From Pseudomonadota bacterium (GTDB taxonomy: Bacteria; Bdellovibrionota; Bdellovibrionia; Bdellovibrionales; Bdellovibrionaceae), in the NCBI GenBank assembly GCA_041178425.1, contig JBEGVH010000006.1, positions 160,001 through 224,000 of the forward strand: a DNA stretch of 64,000 nt, written 5' to 3'. The notes beneath the pieces were generated by a model. It was given only the letters and a program-made list of their open reading frames with translations. It was not told where the DNA came from and did not search any database. Of the stretch, positions 20,931 through 31,600 are shown in pieces (position 1 is the stretch's first letter; the number at the start of each line of letters is the position of its first letter). The translations under genes and the position numbers were made by a program.

Positions 20931-20958
20931 TGCTCCGATAAGTTATATTATGTTACAT
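20931..20958 (+). other. dif: dif site (XerCD chromosome dimer resolution)
   Basis: TGCTCCGATAA-GTTATA-TTATGTTACAT vs E. coli GGTGCGCATAA-TGTATA-TTATGTTAAAT: XerD arm 10/11, XerC arm 6/11 with ATAA, 6 bp spacer; intergenic. Confidence 0.8.
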
Positions 20959-20974
20959 CGAGTGTGTGGGTTAA

Positions 20975-21232
20975 ATAAATCTTGATCCTTATAGCAAGGA
21001 ACTGGCAAACCCCAAACTTATTAAAAAAGCTATCCTGCAGGCCTTGGTCGATGGTGATTTAGATGCGGTTCAGGATTTGTTGGTCGCCCACCTCCGAACC
21101 ATTAATAAATCAAAGCTGTCTTCAAAAACAAAGCTTGGTCGTCAAACTTTGTATGATCTCATGGACCCAGAAAAAGAATTTAACCCTTCGCTAAAGACGC
21201 TCACCAATATCCTAAAAAATCTGGCTGCTTAG
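20975..21232 (+). pseudogene. 5'-truncated HTH addiction-module antidote protein
   Basis: Frame LDPYSKELANPKLIKKAILQALVDGD...KLGRQTLY...NPSLKTL is bounded by TAA 20972-20974; no ATG and no toxin gene. Confidence 0.65.
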
Positions 21233-21266
21233 AGTCAAGTCACAATGGCTGAACGATGGGTCAGTG

Positions 21267-21305
21267 GGCCTTTTGGGACTGGCTTTTGGGGGGGGGCTTT
21301 GGGAA
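21267..21305 (-). repeat. Diverged copy of the TTCCCAAAGCCCCCCC repeat
   Basis: Reverse complement TTCCCAAAGCCCCCCCCCAAAAGCCAGTCCCAAAAGGCC resembles 57053-57089. Confidence 0.75.
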
Positions 21306-21443
21306 CTCGGAATTTCAATATCTTGAAGCCACCTTCGAAAGTTACAGAAAACGTCACAATGAAAAAAAATCCACACTGACAAAGCACCATTAGCGACTTT
21401 GGCCTTTAAAAGCTATAATCGCGGTCTCTAGTGGGAGGATATT

Positions 21444-22298
21444 TTGCGTTCATATTTCAACCTTTTATTTCGTTCCTTCTTGGTAATCGCTAGCTTAGTT
21501 ATTTCGGTGTCTTCATCTCACGCGGCCGAATCCAAGCCCGAATCCGAACCCCTTTATATGCTCGAGAATCCGGCCGAATTTCGATTTTGGCTTGCTAAAA
21601 GAGTCCATTATATCTGCGACGACACAGCCTTGCTTAAGCAGATGCGAACGAATATACCCAACGTTCTTTTTTACGGATTAAATCAAATAAAACAAATTAA
21701 TCCTGAATTAGTCGATTTTAAAACGTATTGGCACGAAAGATTTAAAATCAATTTTCGCTGCGTTGAAGATTCTTTTGATCCAGCTCTGAAAGATCGCTTT
21801 GTGCCAGATCACTATCCTTTAGATTGGCTGAACATTTTTAGAGAGCAGCACGGAGAAAATATTTTTGTCTCGCGATCCTTAATTTCAAAAATCGATATGA
21901 GCCACTACTTAGGGCGTAATCCGAATGCTTACACATGGAGTTTTAGTCAAGACGATTACCCTCTGGGCGACCAGCATCTCCAAAAAGCAAAGAGCGATCC
22001 ATTTCTTAAAGAACGCCAAACTTTATTTGTTGCTTACCTTCAAGCCAGAGATTATGAAACAATTCCGAGAAGTACCGTCAATTACTTGCCTCAAAATATG
22101 GATCGTATACCAATCAGTCATCGACTCTCTTATAATTGTGCCGAGGTGGCCTACCCTTTTTTAAGTCGAGGTCAAAGGCATGGAGCTCCCTTCGACCTTC
22201 AGAACGCCTGTGCCTTTTGCGCCATGGCTGAATACAATTTTCGAGACACAAAAATTAACTTCAACTTGAGCGGCAAGGCCCAATTACTTTGTCATTAA
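21444..22298 (+). CDS. Secreted hypothetical protein
   Basis: TTG start with GGGAGG RBS; signal peptide ending SHA. Confidence 0.75.
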   Translation: MRSYFNLLFRSFLVIASLVISVSSSHAAESKPESEPLYMLENPAEFRFWLAKRVHYICDDTALLKQMRTNIPNVLFYGLNQIKQINPELVDFKTYWHERFKINFRCVEDSFDPALKDRFVPDHYPLDWLNIFREQHGENIFVSRSLISKIDMSHYLGRNPNAYTWSFSQDDYPLGDQHLQKAKSDPFLKERQTLFVAYLQARDYETIPRSTVNYLPQNMDRIPISHRLSYNCAEVAYPFLSRGQRHGAPFDLQNACAFCAMAEYNFRDTKINFNLSGKAQLLCH

Positions 22299-22316
22299 AT
22301 TGATTTTCGGGCTCGT

Positions 22317-25301
22317 TTAATCGCAGCTTCCTCCAGCCTTTGCGGGTTGAACCATTGGATCTAGCAAAAGGGCGCCAGAAGGCGAATACAATTTTGGTTT
22401 CGTCTGGTGGTCTGTTGCAATACTCCATAATTGTATCTCGGTCGATAATCCTGAAAGATACAGCGGCCCTTGCAAAGGTTGACGCCGAAGGTCGTTCATA
22501 GAGCATTGATGGCCTGGTGTTAAGGCTGCAATGCTTAAACCTCTTCGACCTTCGGTGCTATGGCAACTAAGACAAAAAGCACTCTGTTGAAAATCAACGC
22601 GCGGAGCATTCCAATGGAGGCGACCGTCGTCAACGCCTCCCCCAGATTTCGGAACGGCAAATAGGAGTGCGTCTCGAAGTGACACAAGGTTTTCGTTTTC
22701 GCGCAGTAATGAGCGATAGATCCCCATGGAGTCATTGTAGTCGGTGGTACAAACCACGCTGGCATCGGCTGGAATTGCTTTTTCCGACATAAAATTGGCG
22801 GGAATTCCAGAGAGAATTTCTCGATGGGTTTCTCTGGGGTAAGCATTTGACAATGTTTTCCAGTATGGACCCGCCTCTGGTTTTACATAATGAAGTGAAC
22901 CATAAGCGTGATTACAAATAACTTCAGGAACCGGTTGATAGGCAAATAATTTAAGATCGTCAATCCAACCGCGAAAACCGGCTTCTTTGGTTGCTGCGGC
23001 CACCCCGACCACGAGGTTAATCGCGGCATTGTTAGTTTGCGGCACCAACTGAAACATTTTTTTCTTAAACTGAGTTCTGTGTTTTTTCATTCCGTTAACA
23101 TACAACGAAACATTCTTGCCATCGGCAGAGACCGAGAGGCCTAACTGAGACCAGCGTCCTGTCGGTAAGGCCTCGATGAAATCCTTTTTTTGAACCGATT
23201 TGTCAGCCGTAAAAGTTTTTGTGACTTGAATTTTGTCGTTCATTAGCCTTACTGCCGTTCCATCAGGAAACAGCAACAACCTTTTAAATTTATTGTTCTC
23301 CGGACGAGGATCGACGAACATCGTGAGAAAAAGCGGTTCATTTTTGATTGCTTTTGGAAACGTATAGGTGAGAGTACTCCCTTCGAGCCACAATCCTCGA
23401 CCATGAATACCACCCAGAGCCACAGGCTCCACTCTCCCCTTATTCAGATACCCGTAACTAGGAACAGGAAGCGATTCAGACGTTGCTGCATTTTGAATGA
23501 GGATCGCAGTGTTTTGTTTTTGTGGGAGATTGGAAGCGCCACCCCAGCCAAAACCATCACGGTAATGCCAGTTATTGTGACGGCCGCCGTAATCTTCCAT
23601 CTCAGCACCAGCGATCATCGAAGAAACAATCAAGGCTTTAGGATCCATATAATCATCAAAAACAACCTCATCGCTACCAAGGCTATTGTTCATAGTCCAA
23701 ACCACATCGCGCGGTAAAGTCGGGCGCATATTTCGATAGGCATTAAGAGTGTTTTCGAGGGAATCAACCACACCAGTTAAAACACTCATGCCTCTGATTT
23801 CGGAATTTTCTTGGTAGCTTTCGATACCGTTATTGATTCCTGAACCTGAAGAGCTATTATCGCGTCCTGGCCCCACGCGCACCCAACCATCAAAGCCTTC
23901 GCGCGGTTGATAGAGATTGAGCTCTCGTTGAAACTGCAAACCCCTCTTTAGTCCATAATCGGAGGCATTGATGAGACCATCTAAAACAACTGTTTTACCG
24001 TGGGTCCATGAACCCAAAACTGAAAAACCTCTCACCACATCAGGCGTTTCGGCGCCATAGGGAGAGTCCATACAATTAGGTGTCTCTTTGATACAGCGAG
24101 CAGGATATCGCTCTGAATTAGGTATTACGATCCAATCTCGCACCTGACCGCGACGTTCAGGTTCTGTCACCGGGCGCTCGGTAAAGTTTTCGCCTTTACT
24201 AAAGTCATAGTTGTAAAGCCGACTCCCGCCGGTCGAGAAAAAGAGGTTATTACCATGACGATCAATCCAAGGATAAATCGGAAAAAGAGCTTTCTCAGAA
24301 AGGAGTTTTCCAAAGGAATCACGCATTGGGTATTCGGCGATTCCGTACCGAGCTTTTCCTGTTGCGGGGTCTCGCATCTCTGGGTCTTTGTGAGCAAATT
24401 GAATGCGCTTCATCGAACTAAAGGCGGAAGCATCACAAGGTTCAGATGATGCTGGTGCCACCATATAGTAGATATCTAAATCTTTCGCTCCGGCATTGTT
24501 AGTGCCGTCGATGTTTCGAATGGGCATAAAACCCGCGCGCGCAACGAAGAGTCGCCCATCGGCCGTGGCAGCAGGCTCTAGAGAGGAAAAGTTTCCATCG
24601 GTTAAATTGTAATCAATCTCGATGGGCTGAGCTTTTTCTTTAACGGGGCCATTACCTCTAACCGCTACAATGCGAGCATTGACTGTCTTTGGATTATGAA
24701 CCTCAATAACCACTTTGCGACTGCGAAAGAAGGCGTGATCAAAGCTGTTCTTTGGATTGTTGGGGCTCTTCATCATTCGATAAGAGAGATAGGACATCTC
24801 ATAGCACTCATTATTTCCGTTGCAGCGTTTGGTTTGTTCGGCAATAGGCGCTGAATTACAAAAAACGGATCCTGCAAAATAGCCCGGTCGATTTTGATCT
24901 CCTTCTTTAAAAAGGAGGTCTTCGATATTGCTATAAAAACCATTGAGATCGCCAATAATTGCTAATCCCGATTCGCTAAATGGAAACGGACGTGTGATTT
25001 TTTCCGGTGCCAACAAATAGATATTTCGGTTGGTCCAATTGAACCCGATGCGACCATCGTGAGAGGTTCGTACGGGAGGGATCGTCGGACGAATCGAGCG
25101 GTAATACTGAGGACTCTGGTACTTGATTGAACCATCGGCATTTCGCTCGATATCCACTTCATGGACCTCTCTCATGAGCGCAGGAGCTTGTGGCACTCCA
25201 CCAGGCTTGGTACCAGGGGGCTCAGCGGCTAGGCACGGCAAAGAAGCTGTGAGAATAATAAAAGTATATAGTTTATATTTAGTGTGGCACGAAATTTTCA
25301 A
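22317..25301 (-). CDS. Large secreted LamG/CxxCH protein (paralog 2)
   Basis: Collinear with 17592-20771 (IPPVRTSHDGR, VLGSWTHGKTVVLDG, GRVEPVALGGIHGRGLWL, FCLSCH); probable TTG start 25301 with GGAGG RBS. Confidence 0.75.
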   Translation of the reverse strand: MKISCHTKYKLYTFIILTASLPCLAAEPPGTKPGGVPQAPALMREVHEVDIERNADGSIKYQSPQYYRSIRPTIPPVRTSHDGRIGFNWTNRNIYLLAPEKITRPFPFSESGLAIIGDLNGFYSNIEDLLFKEGDQNRPGYFAGSVFCNSAPIAEQTKRCNGNNECYEMSYLSYRMMKSPNNPKNSFDHAFFRSRKVVIEVHNPKTVNARIVAVRGNGPVKEKAQPIEIDYNLTDGNFSSLEPAATADGRLFVARAGFMPIRNIDGTNNAGAKDLDIYYMVAPASSEPCDASAFSSMKRIQFAHKDPEMRDPATGKARYGIAEYPMRDSFGKLLSEKALFPIYPWIDRHGNNLFFSTGGSRLYNYDFSKGENFTERPVTEPERRGQVRDWIVIPNSERYPARCIKETPNCMDSPYGAETPDVVRGFSVLGSWTHGKTVVLDGLINASDYGLKRGLQFQRELNLYQPREGFDGWVRVGPGRDNSSSGSGINNGIESYQENSEIRGMSVLTGVVDSLENTLNAYRNMRPTLPRDVVWTMNNSLGSDEVVFDDYMDPKALIVSSMIAGAEMEDYGGRHNNWHYRDGFGWGGASNLPQKQNTAILIQNAATSESLPVPSYGYLNKGRVEPVALGGIHGRGLWLEGSTLTYTFPKAIKNEPLFLTMFVDPRPENNKFKRLLLFPDGTAVRLMNDKIQVTKTFTADKSVQKKDFIEALPTGRWSQLGLSVSADGKNVSLYVNGMKKHRTQFKKKMFQLVPQTNNAAINLVVGVAAATKEAGFRGWIDDLKLFAYQPVPEVICNHAYGSLHYVKPEAGPYWKTLSNAYPRETHREILSGIPANFMSEKAIPADASVVCTTDYNDSMGIYRSLLRENENLVSLRDALLFAVPKSGGGVDDGRLHWNAPRVDFQQSAFCLSCHSTEGRRGLSIAALTPGHQCSMNDLRRQPLQGPLYLSGLSTEIQLWSIATDHQTKPKLYSPSGALLLDPMVQPAKAGGSCD

Positions 25302-25524
25302 TCCGCCCTCCTGATCAATGATGGAAGTCATTCCTCGGTTGATCAAAGAAACAGCAAAACGGTGCCAAGGTCAGGTTTTCGAGGAACTCCACAAAAGTTT
25401 AGTTTTGCTGTCTTGATTTGGATCGAAGACGCCCCTTAAAGAACAAAACATCCTAATTTTTCGAATGGAATTTGAGAAAATCAGCTCGATATGATGCAAT
25501 AGAAAAAAGATTCAGGAGATCAGT

Positions 25525-26121
25525 ATGTCGAACCCTTGGAATGATCGGTACCGTCGGCCCGACTACTACTATGGCATTGAGCCAAATACTTTTTTAGCTG
25601 AACATTCTCAACTTTTTATAAAAAAAGGGAAAATTCTCTGTCTCGCGGAAGGAGAGGGACGCAATGCCGTTCATCTAGCTAAAATGGGATTTGAGGTAAC
25701 GGCCGTTGATTTTTCCGAGGTAGGTCTAGAAAAATTAAAAGATCTTGCGAAGCAAAACAGCGTCGAAATTGAAACTATCTGCGCTGATTTAGAAAACTAT
25801 GATATTGGTCACAACAAATGGGACGGTATTGTTTCTATTTGGTGCCATCTGCCTAAAAATATTCGCTCCACCCTTCATGAAAAAGTAAAACAGGGCCTGA
25901 AAGAAAACGGAATCTTTTTGCTGGAGGCTTACACTCCGAACCAACTAAAATTTAAAACGGGCGGGCCTCAGGATCCAAATCTTATGCCTACTTTGATTGA
26001 ACTTGAGGAAGAGCTAAAGACTTTAAAGATAGAACTGGGGCGTGAAGTTGAGCGCGACATTCAAGAAGGTATCGGCCATCGAGGGTTAAGCGCCGTTGTT
26101 CAGTTCATGGCGCGAAAGTGA
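25525..26121 (+). CDS. Class I SAM-dependent methyltransferase (TehB-like)
   Basis: LCLAEGEGRNAVHLA motif I, VTAVDFS. Confidence 0.9.
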   Translation: MSNPWNDRYRRPDYYYGIEPNTFLAEHSQLFIKKGKILCLAEGEGRNAVHLAKMGFEVTAVDFSEVGLEKLKDLAKQNSVEIETICADLENYDIGHNKWDGIVSIWCHLPKNIRSTLHEKVKQGLKENGIFLLEAYTPNQLKFKTGGPQDPNLMPTLIELEEELKTLKIELGREVERDIQEGIGHRGLSAVVQFMARK

Positions 26122-26146
26122 ATCATTAAAGATTCTGCGTGATTAT

Positions 26147-27496
26147 TTACCAAAATCTTGCGATCGGAAAACCGAAAGTAACCCCTAGACTTTTCGATGA
26201 AACTGATTGGTTATTGATGGTTTCTTTGGCGGCAAGGTAATTGATTTCTCCGAAGACCCGACCACCCCAACGCCACCAAAGATTATAATAGCTGCGCCCA
26301 TTGATCTCAGGATAAATAAACCCGCCGAGCGACATATTGTGTCCGCGCTTAAAAGCGTCGGTGTAAATAAATTCAAAACCCTGAGGAAAACTTGGCGCCA
26401 CGTGGACTTTTCCCTCGGCTTGAAATCCAACAAAATGACCGCCAAAAAGGAGATTCATCGTCATGCGCTGATCAAACATTTTGGCGTTTTCAGTGCTAAG
26501 GTATAAACCAAAATCAGTCCACAGACGATTAGAAATAGAAGTGGCATCAAAGGCAACAAACCTTAAGCCCTCACTAATAAACACAGATCCATAGAGGGTT
26601 AAGAGTGGGCTCCAACCATAGTCATACTCCCCTTCGGCACTAAAATCGCCAAAGTAGGGGCCGATTCCAAGGCCTAAAAAACCCAAAGTGTGTCGCTCTG
26701 ACAGAGCATAATCGATAATAAGTTCTTGTCCCTCTGAACGCGAAAGAACTATTTTACCAGGCGACGAGTTCAGACGAGGGGTGTATATTAAAGGGAGTGA
26801 GGGTTTAATCTCCAGATTATCTGCTCGCACTTTTTGACCACCTTCGGGGTTTTCCCAAAAAACGTACATTTCAAGGGTGGATTTGCGAAAATGATTGCTG
26901 GCTGTAAGAATGGGTCGACAACCAATATAGACCCAATCATTTGCAGAAACCGTTTTTTTGCTCCATTGGGCATTCACGCCATACTTCGAGCAAGAACTAT
27001 CGTAAAAAACAAGGCCCGACTTTTGCGAATCAAGGGGCTGGTACCTGATATGAAAACTTGATTGATAAGTTTTTCCTTCGAATTCGATCTCAACTTTGAC
27101 CTGGTTGTCGGTATGATTAAACAGCGCCACAGGTAACTGCAGGCTCGTCATTTGCTGACCGCCCGAACTAAACCCCCCATAACTTGCTCTCACAGTGACG
27201 GGGCGTTTGAATTGTATATGCGCCCGTCCGCGAGGGAGTACTAAAACATCGATCAGTCTCACCCACTGAAGACTGTCTTTTTCAATATGAGCGCTTTCAA
27301 CGAATGGCAAATCATTTTGCCATCGAATACGAAAATCCTCAGCATTGATGCCCTCTAGAGCAAAGGCAGACGGCACTGCTTCAGAAAGAATAGAACTTGT
27401 TAAATTTTGCGGTAGTTCGAGGCGATTCCCCCAGGCAGAGGAAACAATAAAAAATGATGCGAGGAGAGACCAAAGAAAGTTTATTTTTTTTATCAT
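26147..27496 (-). CDS. Exported protein with probable C-terminal beta-barrel
   Basis: Signal peptide; amphipathic strands ending LGVTFGFPIARFW. Confidence 0.65.
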   Translation of the reverse strand: MIKKINFLWSLLASFFIVSSAWGNRLELPQNLTSSILSEAVPSAFALEGINAEDFRIRWQNDLPFVESAHIEKDSLQWVRLIDVLVLPRGRAHIQFKRPVTVRASYGGFSSGGQQMTSLQLPVALFNHTDNQVKVEIEFEGKTYQSSFHIRYQPLDSQKSGLVFYDSSCSKYGVNAQWSKKTVSANDWVYIGCRPILTASNHFRKSTLEMYVFWENPEGGQKVRADNLEIKPSLPLIYTPRLNSSPGKIVLSRSEGQELIIDYALSERHTLGFLGLGIGPYFGDFSAEGEYDYGWSPLLTLYGSVFISEGLRFVAFDATSISNRLWTDFGLYLSTENAKMFDQRMTMNLLFGGHFVGFQAEGKVHVAPSFPQGFEFIYTDAFKRGHNMSLGGFIYPEINGRSYYNLWWRWGGRVFGEINYLAAKETINNQSVSSKSLGVTFGFPIARFW

Positions 27497-27580
27497 TATT
27501 GTTTTATTGTTACGCCCCTTTACTCTATCATCAAAAAGTAGTTGTTCGAAGGAGTTAAAATTGGTCTTCAGGAGTAATCA

Positions 27581-28519
27581 ATGAACGCAGGGATCAATCC
27601 GCAAATACACCAAAGTCCAGCACCAGTGGTTATTTATTTTTCTTTGGTACTCATTCAGGTCTTATTCGGAATTAACTATGTTGTTTCTCAGTTAATTCTG
27701 CATTCCTTTTCACCGATGGTGTGGGCCAGCTTTCGAATTATTATCGCCGCAGCTGTCATGGTGATGGTGGCCTTTCTGGTAAAACCCAACTCACGCCCAA
27801 AACTGACTCTTTCGGTACTAAAACCGCTGATCATTTTTAGTTTTTTAGGCACGATTATAAATCAAACCGCTTTTTTAAAGGGCTTGCAATACACCACTCC
27901 AACGAACAGTGCGATTCTCAATACGCTGATTCCTGTCTTCACTCTTTTATTTGTGACATTTCGTGGTTTGGAGCCCCTCACCAAATCGAGGGCCTTTGGG
28001 TTTATTTTAGCCTTTGGTGGCGTGCTCATCATGCGAAAAATTGAAGATTTTAGTTGGGGAGATAAAACGCTTCAGGGCGATCTTCTGACGATTCTCAATT
28101 GTTTAAGTTATGGTCTTTTTCTCGCATACAGTCGTGATTTTTTAATGCAACATGATCGACTTTGGGTGACGGCCTATATGTTTCTCTTTGGGAGTATTGG
28201 CATTACTCTGATGGCTCTGCCGGAATGGATACAGTTTCAAGGATTTGAATTTTCGTGGTCTCTCATTGGTGCCATGGTTTTTAGTATTATTGGTGGAACG
28301 CTCATTACTTATTTTTTAAATAATTGGACCCTCACTTACTCGACCTCTTCGTCGGTGGCTATATTTATTTATTTGCAACCCATCGTCGCAGCGTCTCTGG
28401 CCTGGGTTTGGTTGGGACAAACCGTTACTATAAGAACCTTTCTGGCCAGTCTGATTATTCTCGTTGGTGTATTGTTGGTTCTGGGTTTTTTTAATAAGAG
28501 ATTCAAAGTTGCAGATTAA
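27581..28519 (+). CDS. DMT/EamA family transporter
   Basis: About 10 TM segments in two repeats; GLQYTTPTNSAIL, YLQPIVA. Confidence 0.9.
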   Translation: MNAGINPQIHQSPAPVVIYFSLVLIQVLFGINYVVSQLILHSFSPMVWASFRIIIAAAVMVMVAFLVKPNSRPKLTLSVLKPLIIFSFLGTIINQTAFLKGLQYTTPTNSAILNTLIPVFTLLFVTFRGLEPLTKSRAFGFILAFGGVLIMRKIEDFSWGDKTLQGDLLTILNCLSYGLFLAYSRDFLMQHDRLWVTAYMFLFGSIGITLMALPEWIQFQGFEFSWSLIGAMVFSIIGGTLITYFLNNWTLTYSTSSSVAIFIYLQPIVAASLAWVWLGQTVTIRTFLASLIILVGVLLVLGFFNKRFKVAD

Positions 28520-28682
28520 GGATTAGATCAAAGAATTAAGCTTTTTTAGGTATCAGACTTAATACAAACTTCAATTGATCCATTGGCTTGAAGAGCATGA
28601 ACTTCTTCATAAAAATCGCTCGGAGTGATATGTTCGCTCCCATAAAAAGATAACTCTGAGTGAATGGTGCATTTGGTTTTGA

Positions 28683-31600
28683 CTACGGCGGGATCACGAT
28701 GGGGTGAGGGAGCCATGGTGGAATCGAATCAGGATCACCGAACTGTCCGCGGCCGCTATCTCCCCAGCATTTAAGGGCTCCTCCGGTGGTAATGCCGCAA
28801 GTGTGTTGGTATCCGGCTGAGACTTGAGCGTAAGTAATTGTTCCGTCGATCAATGTCGGCGTAGACTTGCTTTCCACAGTGCCGTCGCCCAATTGACCTT
28901 TGTTATTACTGCCCCAACATTTAAGTGCTCCACCGGTGGTAATGCCGCAAGTATGTTTTGGAGTGGGGGTGTTGTTTGTTCCTCCTACAGCGATCTTAGC
29001 ATATAAGGTGTTGCTATCGATGACGGTCGGGATCTTTGAGCTTAGCGATGGATTATTACCCAACTCCCCATTCTCATTTCTGCCCCAGCATTTGAGTGCA
29101 CCGCTGTTAGTAATGCCGCAAGTATAATTATGGCCAGTTACTACCTGCGAATAGAACGTGCCACTATCGATGGTGGTCGGAGCGCTTTTATTGTTGTTGG
29201 TATCGTCGCCGAGCTCCCCATACGTGTTTCCTCCCCAGCACTTAAGTACGCTTCCCGTGGTAATTGCGCAGGTGTGGCTAATCCCAGCAGAGACTAGACT
29301 GTAGAGCGTTCCACTATCTATCGTTGTGGGACTCGTTTTGTTAGTTGTTGTGCCATCACCCACTTGCCCACTGTTGTTCAAACCCCAACATTTGAGTGCA
29401 CCTCCCGAGGTAATACCACAGGTGTGGCTACCGCCAACAGAGATCTGATTGTAACTCGTGCCACTGTCTATCGTAATTGGAGTCGTTTTGTTTGTTGTTG
29501 TACCATCACCCAGCTGCCCAATTCCATTCCACCCCCAGCATTTAAGGGCTCCACCGGTGGTAATTGCGCAGGTGTGGTACCTTCCCGTATGGATTTTGCT
29601 GTAAGCGTCGGTTGTTATTAAGTCGGAGAAGTAGTGTCGGTCTATCAACGTGCCATCCCCTAGTTGTCCACGATCGTTAACACCAGAACATCGTATTTTA
29701 CTATCAGAAACTATTCGACAAGTTCGATTTTGGGTCGCGCTCAATTGTGAGGTATTAACTTCATTTTGAATCACCCTAGGAGTTAGACTCATGGATGGAT
29801 GATCATCGCCTAATTGGCCAAGGTCGTTACTCCCCCAGCATTTGAGCGTACCGCCCGTTGTGAGACCACAGGTGTGTTGATTGTCTGCAGTAATCTGAGA
29901 GTAGGTTTTTCCGCCATCGATAATGGTGGGTAAATCAATTTTTGTGCCCGGTGATTGATGACCCACCTGCCCCCAAGAATTATCTCCCCAGCATCTGAGT
30001 GTGCCGCCCGTGGTGATACCGCAGGTGTGGCTAAAACCAGCAGCTATTTGGGCGTAAGAGTTACTTGTGTCGATAGTCAAAGGTGTATTTGTAGAGTTGA
30101 TCGTTGGATCACCCAGTTGGCCCGAGGTATTCCGCCCCCAGCATTTGAGCGTGCCACCCGTGGTGATACCGCAGGTATGGATCGACTTCGCAAAAACCTT
30201 AGCGTAGCTCGTGCCTGAATCAATAGGAGAGGGAGCGCTAATTTGCACATTGGTAGAGCCGTCACCCAGTTGACTTTCACCATTCCAACCCCAGCACTTG
30301 AGTGAATCATCTGTGGTGATGCCACAAGTATGGCTGCCGCCAGCAGAGATCTGAGAGTAACTCGTGCCACTATCAATCGTGGTGGGAGTCGTTTTATTAG
30401 TCGTAGTGCCATCGCCTAATTGGTTCTCTACATTCCTACCCCAACACTTGAGTGCACCACCAGTGGTGATGCCACAGGTGTGGCTACCGCCAGCAGAGAT
30501 TTGATTGTAACTGGTTCCACTGTCGATCGTGGTGGGATTGGTTTTATTAGTCGTGGTGCCATCGCCCAGTTGCCCACCGCCATTATCACCCCAACACTTG
30601 AGTGCACCACCAGTGGTGATGCCACAGGTATGGCTACTACCAGCAGAGATTTGATTGTAACTGGTTCCACTGTCGATCGTTATAGGAGCCGTTTTGTTAG
30701 TCGTAGTGCCATCACCTAATTGGCCCCAACCATTGTCACCCCAACACTTGAGCTTTCCGCCAAATGTAATGCCGCAAGTGTGTTGAGCACCGGCATCAAT
30801 TTTACTAAAAATGGTGTCAACAGCATTCGAATCGGTGTCTTGAATGACGTTAAACTGAAAGGCAGAAAAACCCGGCACAACACCCGCCCTCGAGGATTGA
30901 TCGATCCGTAGATTGAAAATCTTATCGCCTGTTATCGCACTATTTCTCACTATATGATAATTAACGATCGAACTGAGTTGGCCCGCAGGGATTGTCACAG
31001 AATTTGAGACCAAGTTGTGATCATCGCCACCGGCACCACCAAAGATTTTATAACTGAGTGTCACATCATAAGGCTTTATCTCACCCAATGTGATTTGAAA
31101 AGAATTGGCCTGAGCGGTATCTTGAAATGTTTCACCAGAGGAATTAACACTGGCCTCAACAACCGAGTCTTTCGTCCAAGTAAAATTCGTGGCATTGGCC
31201 ATGAGCTGATAGTTACTATTGTTTCCGCCTTTACTGCCGAGAACACAAAATTTCAACACGGTGCCGTCCGCGAATGAGCTGAGATCTTCTTCAATGGCTA
31301 TACCTACGGCCGTCTCAGCTCCATAACCAGTAAATAGATTGCAATCAGTTGTCGCGCTGGTACCCACTTTGTAACGATAATGAGTAATACCGGTTCCACC
31401 AACGATAATATTAATGGGCGTGAAATCAACTGGAAGGTTTGATAGAGTTGCGACACCGGAAGTGTCACCCTGAGACTTCGTCCATGTGGCTTCGGTGGCG
31501 CCTTGATAGGCTTGCCAATTATTACTCGCATCGCCACCGACCACGCAGAGTCTGATGACTGCATCGGGCAGGCCAGAAAGATCATGAGCGATCTTGCTGT

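Noticed and set aside
20934..20941. TCCGATAA as a sigma28 -10 box instead of a dif arm
   Set aside because: No matching -35 at 15 nt spacing; the following ATG frame is only 11 codons; the full 28 bp dif geometry fits better
25353..25367. sigma54 promoter TGGCACCGTTTTGCT upstream of LamG paralog 2
   Set aside because: GG-to-GC spacing is 9 nt rather than the required 10
28740..30800. CRISPR-like periodic repeats
   Set aside because: The period is about 150 bp, in frame, and encodes RCC1 blades; no cas genes
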